From assembly GCA_013141435.1 (NCBI GenBank), contig JABFQZ010000014.1, forward strand, positions 49,792 through 113,791: a stretch of DNA of 64,000 nt, in the 5' to 3' direction. Of the stretch, positions 29,684-37,795 are shown in pieces. This DNA comes from Ferruginibacter sp. (GTDB lineage Bacteria; Bacteroidota; Bacteroidia; Chitinophagales; Chitinophagaceae). Positions within the stretch are counted from its first letter, which is position 1. Every line of letters begins with the position of its first letter. Below the pieces are notes generated by a model. That model worked only from the letters and a program-made list of their open reading frames with translations. It did not search any database and was not told the origin of the DNA. The position numbers were made by a program, and so were the translations under genes.

Positions 29684-30649
29684 TTACCAATAAGATCCTT
29701 TATCAATTTTATTTTTAATTCCCAAATTAGGTACTTCAGATTCGTCAGGCTTTACCCAGTATTCATTCATATATTTTAAAAATTCTGGTCTTTCTTCCCA
29801 CCTATTGCCTTTTATACCGAATAACAACTGCAACGCACCACCAACATGTACTGCCTTTTTTCCTATGTCTTTTATTGCTGATGCCAATGGCAAACCAAAT
29901 GGCCCTGCTGCTACAAGCGCTATATCAAAATCAATAGCTTTAATTTCATCTTTCATTTTTTGCAAATAAAAAAACCAATCTTTACCTACCTCTGGAATAT
30001 CAATATAGCTATTGTAAGGCTTATAAACCCTTAGCAAAAAATCTGGAAGTACAAATTCATTTGAAAACAACTTTTCTTTTCTAAGATATTGCATTGAAAT
30101 TGTTTTTTCAAAAGGCAAAACAACTAGTACTTTTTTACCTTTTAAAGCCCTACTCCATGGATTATTAAATCTAAAAGGCTCCAAACTTTCCAAATTAAAA
30201 AGTGGGGCTTTCTTAAAATATTTTTTATGAAAAATATTCTCTCCATAATTATACCATACCCCTAATCCATCTATGTTTGGCAAGCAAGCTGCATACAACC
30301 CATAAAATTTCTGTAGTGTTTCTTGGGTTGGTGGAAAAACTCCATTAACATTAAAAATACCTAGTTTTATTCTATCAAAATCCCATTCAGACAATTTACT
30401 ATTTTCTATAAATAATCCATTTAATAAAACTGTTAATTCTGCAGACCCAAACCTAGTAATTAAAACGGGGTGAGGGTTAGTTAATAACTCATAGATAATT
30501 TCATTCCCTTTTTGAAAATCAAAGATTTCTTTTATATAATCTTTTTCATTTATTCTTGGTAATCCGAGTAAAAATTTATAATCAATGCCCTTTATTATTT
30601 TTAATACTTTAAATAAGAATGGAAAATATATGGAAATGATTTTTTTCAC
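29684..30649 (-). CDS. Conserved polysaccharide-locus protein, putative GT-D-like (paralog 2)
   Basis: KKVLVVLPF, DIALVAAGPFGLPLA, AVHVGGALQLLFGI.GNRW, ends SYW; GTG start. Confidence 0.6.
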   Translation of the reverse strand: MKKIISIYFPFLFKVLKIIKGIDYKFLLGLPRINEKDYIKEIFDFQKGNEIIYELLTNPHPVLITRFGSAELTVLLNGLFIENSKLSEWDFDRIKLGIFNVNGVFPPTQETLQKFYGLYAACLPNIDGLGVWYNYGENIFHKKYFKKAPLFNLESLEPFRFNNPWSRALKGKKVLVVLPFEKTISMQYLRKEKLFSNEFVLPDFLLRVYKPYNSYIDIPEVGKDWFFYLQKMKDEIKAIDFDIALVAAGPFGLPLASAIKDIGKKAVHVGGALQLLFGIKGNRWEERPEFLKYMNEYWVKPDESEVPNLGIKNKIDKGSYW

Positions 30650-30692
30650 AATGAGTTAAAGCATAATTTTAAAAGTACTCAGAAATGAATCT

Positions 30693-31559
30693 TTATTTTT
30701 TATAATATAAAGTTAAGTCGCCTGAATGGGTTTTATAATACCCACCTAATTCCATTTTCAAATCAATATCTTCTCTTATATCAAATTCATCGTGTATTTC
30801 AATTACAATATTTTCAACAAATTCTAAAACAGACTTGTAAAAATCATTATCTGAAAAAAGAAATCTTTCAGCACCTTCTATATCAATTTTTAATAAATCA
30901 ATTTTCTTAATACTGTATTTATTAATTATTTGTTTAAGAGTAATACCTTTAAGATTAGAAATGCTTTTTGATGAAGCAGATTTTACGGATATTGACCATT
31001 GTTTTTTATCTCTAAAATCATCACTAATATCTAAAATATTATCATTAATCCAAATTGCATTTCGCAAAAGTGTAACAGTATCTAAACTATTTATTTGAAT
31101 GTTCTGTTTGAGCAAATTAAAATTTGCTTGCGCAGGCTCAATACTATAAATAGTTGCTTTGGGTAAAAATGACTTGAAAAATATTGTACTAGTTCCAATA
31201 TTTGCCCCAGCATCAATTATTACTGCATTTTCTTTTAATAATATTGTTTTTAAAACAAAACTATATTCTTCATTTAATAAAATATCTCTAAAAACCAAAT
31301 CATCGCTGCTATTTTTACGAACTACTAGCTTAATATTTTTTTTATTTAAAATAGAAGAAAAGAGGTAACTGTTATCATTATTTTTTTTAATTGAAATACC
31401 CTTTTTTATAAACCAAATTAATTGTACAAATTCATTTACACTTTTATCAAAAATTTTAGGACTTTTACTAAAAACTTTTTTAAAAAGAAAGGCTAATGCT
31501 ACGATACATTTTTTATAAAATGCTAATAGTGAAAATGCTACTTTAGTTTCCCTTAACAA
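30693..31559 (-). CDS. FkbM family methyltransferase
   Basis: IIDAGANIG, SIEPAQAN, LLKIDIEGAE, IEIHD; TTG start. Confidence 0.88.
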   Translation of the reverse strand: MLRETKVAFSLLAFYKKCIVALAFLFKKVFSKSPKIFDKSVNEFVQLIWFIKKGISIKKNNDNSYLFSSILNKKNIKLVVRKNSSDDLVFRDILLNEEYSFVLKTILLKENAVIIDAGANIGTSTIFFKSFLPKATIYSIEPAQANFNLLKQNIQINSLDTVTLLRNAIWINDNILDISDDFRDKKQWSISVKSASSKSISNLKGITLKQIINKYSIKKIDLLKIDIEGAERFLFSDNDFYKSVLEFVENIVIEIHDEFDIREDIDLKMELGGYYKTHSGDLTLYYKK

Positions 31560-31560
31560 T

Positions 31561-32124
31561 TTATCTTTTTTTTATAAATTTTGCTGGCACACCTCCTACA
31601 ATAGTGTATGATTCTACTGATTTATTAACTACACTTCCTGCTGCTACTATTGCTCCTTTTCCTATAGTAACACCATCTAATATTTGACATCCAGCACCAA
31701 TCCATACATCATCTTCAATACGGATTCCTTTATAATTTTCTCCTTGCAATTTTATTGGGATATCTTTTCTATCAAATTTATGATTGGCCGGTATTATTAC
31801 ACAATGTGCTGCAATTAAAACATTATCTCCAATTACTACTCCTTTTCCATGTCCATATATTATTGTATATGGATTTATACTACAATTATTTCCAATTTTT
31901 ATACTACCGCCATTTGTAATCAATAAACTACCTATACGAAATTCATTACCGTTACCAATACTAATTGTTCCTGAAAGCGGATTTTCAAAAATTACAAAAT
32001 CATCAATTCTATTATTAGATCCAATAAAAATATTCTTAAGTTTATATTTAGATTGCAAATTTTTATAACCCAATCCTGGGTTAAACATTATCAGTTTAAT
32101 TTTCTTTATTATTTTATTTAACAT
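31561..32124 (-). CDS. Acyltransferase, hexapeptide-repeat (LbH)
   Basis: IGNNCSINP, IGDNVLIA, PANH, IEDDVWIGAG, VGGVPAK. Confidence 0.9.
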   Translation of the reverse strand: MLNKIIKKIKLIMFNPGLGYKNLQSKYKLKNIFIGSNNRIDDFVIFENPLSGTISIGNGNEFRIGSLLITNGGSIKIGNNCSINPYTIIYGHGKGVVIGDNVLIAAHCVIIPANHKFDRKDIPIKLQGENYKGIRIEDDVWIGAGCQILDGVTIGKGAIVAAGSVVNKSVESYTIVGGVPAKFIKKR

Positions 32125-33364
32125 TCCAATCACACTTTAAATAAAAACTTCCAATATTGCTATTACTATATGTTGATAGTTCAGATTCCAAATCCTCTAT
32201 CTCAAAAGAACACACTTCTGTTAAATATTCAAATGGTTGTTGGTTTTGTAAAAAAATTGCTGCATCAACAAAATACAAACCTGTTAATAGAATTTTACTT
32301 GGAATAATTACTTCTATTTTACTTTCTAACTTATTGAGGTTGTATTCAGGTATAACAAAAGTATCAGTAAAAATTTTTTGTTGCCATCTATCTTTAATAG
32401 CAATTCCAATAGTTGTTCCTTTAATTTTAGACAAATGTTTTATCGAAAAAAAAATTTTTATTGGTTTAGCAAAATTAAAAGTTGAATTTTCTGATTCATT
32501 GCTAATTTTAATACTATAAATACTTTCGTTCAAATTATTGTTTGTATTTTTAAAATCTGCATTGCTATTTAAGCCTGTATTTAGATATTGTTTTACAACT
32601 GATTCAATGTTATCATTACAATTTACATTGCCATTAATCAACAATAAACCTCTATCGCAAAGAGTTGATATTGCTCCCATATTATGACTCACAAACAAAA
32701 CCGTTCTCCCTCCTTTCTCACTCACATCCTTCATCTTCCCCAATGCTTTTTTTTGAAACTCTGCATCGCCTACTGCAAGCACTTCATCTACAATCAAAAT
32801 TTCTGGTTCTAAATGCGCAGCCACCCCAAAGGCAAGGCGCACATACATACCGCTGCTGTAGCGTTTTACAGGTGTATCTATATATCGTTCTACGCCAGCA
32901 AAATCTACAATTTCATCAAACTTGCTTTTTATTTCTTGCTTGGTCATGCCCAAAATAGCACCATTTAAAAAAATATTTTCTCTACCGCTAAGCTCGGGGT
33001 GAAAGCCAGTACCTACTTCTAACAAACTTGCTATTCTTCCTTTTAGCTTTATACTTCCAGTGGTAGGTGTTGTTGTTTTACTAAGTATTTTTAAGAGGGT
33101 ACTTTTACCTGCTCCGTTTCTTCCTATTATACCCAGCACTTCGCCTTGTTTTACTTCAAAATTTATATTTTTTAATGCCCATACATAATCGCTATCTGCT
33201 TTTGTAGCCCTGTCATTTATTTCGCCGATTTTTAAATATGGGTTTTCTTTGCCACGTACTTTGTGCCACCATTTGTTTACATCATGTGCAAGTGCACCTG
33301 TACCTACATCTCCTAGGCGGTATTGTTTAGATATATTTTCTACTTTTATTACAGTATCACTCAT
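32114..33364 (-). CDS. wzt: ABC transporter ATP-binding protein Wzt with C-terminal Wzt_C domain
   Basis: GRNGAGKST, TPVKRYSSGM, LIVDEVLAVGD, plus a ~150 aa C-terminal beta-rich extension. Confidence 0.92.
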   Translation of the reverse strand: MSDTVIKVENISKQYRLGDVGTGALAHDVNKWWHKVRGKENPYLKIGEINDRATKADSDYVWALKNINFEVKQGEVLGIIGRNGAGKSTLLKILSKTTTPTTGSIKLKGRIASLLEVGTGFHPELSGRENIFLNGAILGMTKQEIKSKFDEIVDFAGVERYIDTPVKRYSSGMYVRLAFGVAAHLEPEILIVDEVLAVGDAEFQKKALGKMKDVSEKGGRTVLFVSHNMGAISTLCDRGLLLINGNVNCNDNIESVVKQYLNTGLNSNADFKNTNNNLNESIYSIKISNESENSTFNFAKPIKIFFSIKHLSKIKGTTIGIAIKDRWQQKIFTDTFVIPEYNLNKLESKIEVIIPSKILLTGLYFVDAAIFLQNQQPFEYLTEVCSFEIEDLESELSTYSNSNIGSFYLKCDWNVK

Positions 33365-33365
33365 G

Positions 33366-33992
33366 TTACTTTTTTGATATTGATTTGGCTGGTATACCTA
33401 CTACAGTTTCACCATCAGCTACATCTTTTACTACTACTGCACCTGCTCCCACTATTACATTATTACCTAGTACAACCTTTGGTAAAATGGTTGCGTTTGT
33501 TCCAATATTACAAAAAGATCCTATTATACAATTACCCGAAATGCTCACCCCTGGCGAAAGCTCTGTAAATTCCCCAATTGTGGTATCATGCCCAACAGTA
33601 GAATTCAAATTTATTAAGCAACCCCTTTTTATTGAAACATCATTTGTAATAATTGTACCAGTCATTATGTTACAACCTTCTTCAATAACATTACCATAGT
33701 TTCCAATTACAGCAAATGGGCTTATAGTGCTTATAAATTTTCCGCCAAGCTGCAAGAATTTTTCATACAAAATGGCTCTTGTTACTGGATTTCCAATTCC
33801 GATTGTAAACCTATTATCATTTTTAAAAAGCGTAGCTACATCTTTTTCACTTTTTAAGATATGAAAATTATACAATTTATCTCCGATGTCATTTGTAACA
33901 TCATCATAAAAAAAAATATTATCCAACTTGTTTTGCTGATGAAAAATTTCTAGTACCTCTTTAGCAAAACCCTTTGCACCGATTATCAACAT
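33366..33992 (-). CDS. Sugar N/O-acetyltransferase (NeuD/PglB/VioB-like)
   Basis: MLIIGAKGFA, IGIGNP, VGHD, LbH repeats, VVGIPA. Confidence 0.88.
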   Translation of the reverse strand: MLIIGAKGFAKEVLEIFHQQNKLDNIFFYDDVTNDIGDKLYNFHILKSEKDVATLFKNDNRFTIGIGNPVTRAILYEKFLQLGGKFISTISPFAVIGNYGNVIEEGCNIMTGTIITNDVSIKRGCLINLNSTVGHDTTIGEFTELSPGVSISGNCIIGSFCNIGTNATILPKVVLGNNVIVGAGAVVVKDVADGETVVGIPAKSISKK

Positions 33993-33996
33993 TTTT

Positions 33997-35070
33997 TTAT
34001 TTTTTTATAATTGATAAAATACATGTAATGATTGTTTGTATATGTTCATCTTCCAACCCATAATAGAATGGAAGGCAAAACACCCGCCTACTAATATCTT
34101 CAGATACGACACAAGGCTGCTTTTCTATAAATGGCAATTCATTTAATGATGGATAAAAATACCTGCGCCCTGATATTTGTTGTTCTTTTAATTTTTCTAC
34201 TACTTGCAACAATACTTCTTCCGACTTAAATACAACAGGATAATAAGCATAGTTATAACTAAGTGTATTTTCCATTTTTGGCCTTTGTAAAATAGTAGCA
34301 AGCGATGCATCGTATAACAACGAAATACGTTTTCTATCGGCAATTATTGCTGCAACATTTGGCAATACACAAAGCCCCATAGCTGCATGAAATTCAGAGT
34401 TTTTCCCATTTATGCCTATACTATAAAAATCATCAAATACATGTCCAAATTGCCTATACAACATTAATTTATTTGCAAGCTCTTTATCATTTGCAATGAT
34501 ACAACCACCTTCTCCTGTATGAAATAATTTTGTAGCATGAAAACTACAAGTAATTATATCGCCATATTGCAACAATGATTTGCCTTTGTATGTACTTCCA
34601 AAAGCATGTGCAGCATCGTAAATAACTTTTAAATTATACTTTTTTGCAATAGCTTCAATTGTTTCAATATCACAATTTATACCAAACACATGAGTGGCTA
34701 GTATAGCTTCGGTTTCACTTGTAATAGCTGCTTCTATTTTTGAAGCATCTATACAAAATGTATTGGGATCTATATCAACAAACACAGGTTTACAACCCTC
34801 CCAGATAATAACATTTGTAGTAGCCACATAACTAAAAGGAGTTGTAATTACCTCTTTGGTAATACCCAATACTTTTAATGCCATTTGCAAAACGATGGTA
34901 CCATTGTTTGTAAATAAAAAGTTTTCTACTCCTAGATATTCTTTTAACTTGCCTTCAAGTTCTAGCACCAGTTCACCATTGTTTGTAAGCCAAGCTTTAT
35001 CCCAAGCACGCTTTAAAGTAACGGTGTATTCATCAAAATTAGGAAGGTATGTTTTAGTTACGTTTATCAT
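33997..35070 (-). CDS. DegT/DnrJ/EryC1/StrS aminotransferase (VioA-like)
   Basis: TNNG, ITTPFSYVAT, IYDAAH, SFHATK (PLP Lys), GINGKNSEFHA, RRYFYP. Confidence 0.88.
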   Translation of the reverse strand: MINVTKTYLPNFDEYTVTLKRAWDKAWLTNNGELVLELEGKLKEYLGVENFLFTNNGTIVLQMALKVLGITKEVITTPFSYVATTNVIIWEGCKPVFVDIDPNTFCIDASKIEAAITSETEAILATHVFGINCDIETIEAIAKKYNLKVIYDAAHAFGSTYKGKSLLQYGDIITCSFHATKLFHTGEGGCIIANDKELANKLMLYRQFGHVFDDFYSIGINGKNSEFHAAMGLCVLPNVAAIIADRKRISLLYDASLATILQRPKMENTLSYNYAYYPVVFKSEEVLLQVVEKLKEQQISGRRYFYPSLNELPFIEKQPCVVSEDISRRVFCLPFYYGLEDEHIQTIITCILSIIKK

Positions 35071-35651
35071 TTTGTTCTTACTACCATTTCATTTTTTAAA
35101 AAATATTTTTCTCCACTTTCTTTACATACCCATTCTCCATTATTGTCAAATTCTATTGTATTACCATATTCACTCACCCAACCTATTTGTTTTGCAGGGT
35201 TGCCAACTACGAGTGCGTAAGGTTTTACTGGTTTTGTTATTACAGCTCCTGCACCTATCATTGCATATTGTCCAATTTCATTGCCGCATACAATTGTTGC
35301 GTTTGCACCTATGCTTGCACCTTTTCTTACAACGGTTTCTTTGTATTCATGTTTTCTTACAATTGCACTACGAGGGTTTATTACATTGGTAAATACCATT
35401 GATGGTCCTAGAAAAACATCATCTTCACACACTACACCCGTATATAAAGAAACGTTATTTTGTATTTTTACATTTCTACCTAATACAACTTTTGGCGATA
35501 CAACCACATTTTGGCCAATATTACAATCCTCTCCTATTACACATCCTTTCATTATGTGCGAATAGTGCCAAATTTTTGTTCCTTTTCCTATTTCACATCC
35601 ATCATCTATATAGGATGATTCGTGTACAAAATATTCAATTTTATTTTTCAT
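35067..35651 (-). CDS. N-acetyltransferase, WbpD/WlbB-like
   Basis: YFVHESSYID, KIWHYSHI, KIQNNVS, FTNV.NPRS, VGNPA, WVSEYG; ATG at 35651. Confidence 0.88.
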   Translation of the reverse strand: MKNKIEYFVHESSYIDDGCEIGKGTKIWHYSHIMKGCVIGEDCNIGQNVVVSPKVVLGRNVKIQNNVSLYTGVVCEDDVFLGPSMVFTNVINPRSAIVRKHEYKETVVRKGASIGANATIVCGNEIGQYAMIGAGAVITKPVKPYALVVGNPAKQIGWVSEYGNTIEFDNNGEWVCKESGEKYFLKNEMVVRTK

Positions 35652-35723
35652 TTTAATCAAAAAAATTAAATTGTTTTTTCTAGCCAAAATACACTTCGGG
35701 CTAATATAGAAGGCTTTCAACTT

Positions 35724-36584
35724 CTACACTGTATCCATAAAACTACGCTCTACTTTATTAAAAATAACTGCACCAAAAAATAATGTAGTCAATATAAAGA
35801 TAGCACTGTATAATAAATGTAATGGCTCAAAACTCCCTTTGCCCAACAAGGCATACCTAAATGCTTCTACAATTGGAGTAAGCGGATTGTATTGTAATAA
35901 CCAAGCATAACTTTTACCTTTAAGAATAGAAAGTGGATAAGCAATTGGTGTTAAATACATTAATAATTGTACAGCAAATCCTATAAGTACTGTAAAGTCT
36001 CGGTATTTGGTGGTGAGTGATGAAATAATAATTCCAAGGCCTAAACCCATGCCAGCCATCATTACAACTAATAATGGAATAAGCAACCATGTGGCTCCAA
36101 AATAAAAATACTGCTCTTTAAAACCTATCCAAACCATTACCAAAAAAAGTACAAAAAATTGTATGACAAACTTAATAATATTGCTAAGTACTGTGCTTAA
36201 TGGTATTACTAATCTTGGAAAATAAACTTTACCAAAAATGCCCGCATTGGCTACAAATGTATTTGAAGTACCTGTAAGGCATGCCGAAAAATAATTCCAA
36301 ATAGTAATGCCACTCATAAAAAAAAGTGTTGCATTTATACCATCGGTTTGTATGCCTGCAATACTTTTAAATACAAATAAAAAAACTATAGTAGTAAATA
36401 CTGGTTGTATTAAATGCCATAATGGGCCAAGTATTGTTTGTTTATATTGTGCTGCAAAATCTCTTTTTACAAATAGTATAAGCAAATCTCTATATCTCCA
36501 CACTTCTTTTAGTCGTAGGTCAAATAATTTTGATCTAGGTTCAATTATTTCATCCCAATGTTCGTCTGTAATTATTTTTTCCAT
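35724..36584 (-). CDS. wzm: ABC transporter permease Wzm
   Basis: YKQTILGPLW, KVYFPRL, KYRDF, NPLTPIVEAFR; ATG at 36584 (GTG at 36605 possible). Confidence 0.92.
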   Translation of the reverse strand: MEKIITDEHWDEIIEPRSKLFDLRLKEVWRYRDLLILFVKRDFAAQYKQTILGPLWHLIQPVFTTIVFLFVFKSIAGIQTDGINATLFFMSGITIWNYFSACLTGTSNTFVANAGIFGKVYFPRLVIPLSTVLSNIIKFVIQFFVLFLVMVWIGFKEQYFYFGATWLLIPLLVVMMAGMGLGLGIIISSLTTKYRDFTVLIGFAVQLLMYLTPIAYPLSILKGKSYAWLLQYNPLTPIVEAFRYALLGKGSFEPLHLLYSAIFILTTLFFGAVIFNKVERSFMDTV

Positions 36585-36664
36585 TTTATTTTCCACTAAG
36601 TTCACGAAGTGAATTTATGAATTATTCGATACTATAAAAACCATATTAATTTAAGGCCAAATAA

Positions 36665-37774
36665 CTAATTTAAGAATGTATCCAAGTTTTGTTTGTAATT
36701 TTCGTACCCAAAATGTTTCATCAATAATGCTTGATTGGGTTTGTAATCGTTGTAGCTTTCAATCATTTTTTGCAAAGCTGTTGTTATACCATTTGTATCT
36801 TCAGGATTTATAATAATACCAAGTTTTCCTTGCAACAATGCATCTACTGAGCCATCTACATTACCTGCTATTACTGGCACTCCGTAATACATTGCTTCTA
36901 CAAATACTATTCCAAATCCTTCTTTGGAACTTGGCATAATGTAAATATCTGCAAGCGAAAAATGCCATGCCAATTCTTCTTCTTTTATAAAGCCAGTTAT
37001 TATTACATTGCTTTGCAAATTATATTTTGCAATTAATGATTCTACATATTTTTTTTCTTGTACTTCATAACTACCGGCAAGTATGTATTTAATATTTTTA
37101 TTTTTGTTTACAATTAACACTAATGATTTTAATACTTGTGTATAGCCTTTGTATCTATCTTTTTCGGAAAGTCGTGTAATTGTCAATAAAATTATATCAT
37201 TGCTTTTAAGGTTATACCTTTTTATTAATTCAATATTTCTAATTTTTTTATCTGGTTTTTCTAAAAATGGATCTATACAATTGTTAAAAACAAAACATTT
37301 TTCTTTTGGTATATTATGAACTGCTTGTATTCTTTCATTTGTAAAACTACTTACCGATAATATTTTGTTGCAAGCAGTCAACATCATCATTTTTTGTTTG
37401 CTTAATGTGCTCCAAATTTCGATACCATGTGCTAACAATATTACCGTTGTATTTGGGGCTATTTTTTTTATGAGCCAACCAACAAGTAATAGATTTATAT
37501 GGCTTAATATTACAATATTACTACGAGCCCCAGCTTTTAGTGCATCTTTTACAAAAATTGTTTTGTTTGCATTATAGCCACAAAAAATTTCGGTCGGAAA
37601 ATATTTATTATCTACTGCACAAACTTTGGGGTCGTGCATGCTCATAATTTTTATTGTTTTATTATTTTGTAGCCCATATTCAAACAAGGCTTTACCAGCA
37701 ACTTTACATACTTTTTCGATACCGCCGGTAGCAGAAAATACTTTGAGTGTTAAAAATAAAATTTGGTTTGAAAT
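36665..37774 (-). CDS. Glycosyltransferase family 4 with non-canonical start
   Basis: TITRL, MPSSKEGFGIVFVEA. The frame stays open upstream of the TTG at 37687 and encodes ILFLTLKVFSATGGIEK, with only ATT/ATA as possible starts; 37774 is a guessed start. Confidence 0.82.
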   Translation of the reverse strand: MSNQILFLTLKVFSATGGIEKVCKVAGKALFEYGLQNNKTIKIMSMHDPKVCAVDNKYFPTEIFCGYNANKTIFVKDALKAGARSNIVILSHINLLLVGWLIKKIAPNTTVILLAHGIEIWSTLSKQKMMMLTACNKILSVSSFTNERIQAVHNIPKEKCFVFNNCIDPFLEKPDKKIRNIELIKRYNLKSNDIILLTITRLSEKDRYKGYTQVLKSLVLIVNKNKNIKYILAGSYEVQEKKYVESLIAKYNLQSNVIITGFIKEEELAWHFSLADIYIMPSSKEGFGIVFVEAMYYGVPVIAGNVDGSVDALLQGKLGIIINPEDTNGITTALQKMIESYNDYKPNQALLMKHFGYENYKQNLDTFLN

Positions 37775-37795
37775 AAAGCGAAATTTTATAAAATA

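Noticed and set aside
34856-35392. 178-aa plus-strand ORF
   Set aside because: Antisense to two well-supported genes; low-complexity Leu/His composition typical of shadows
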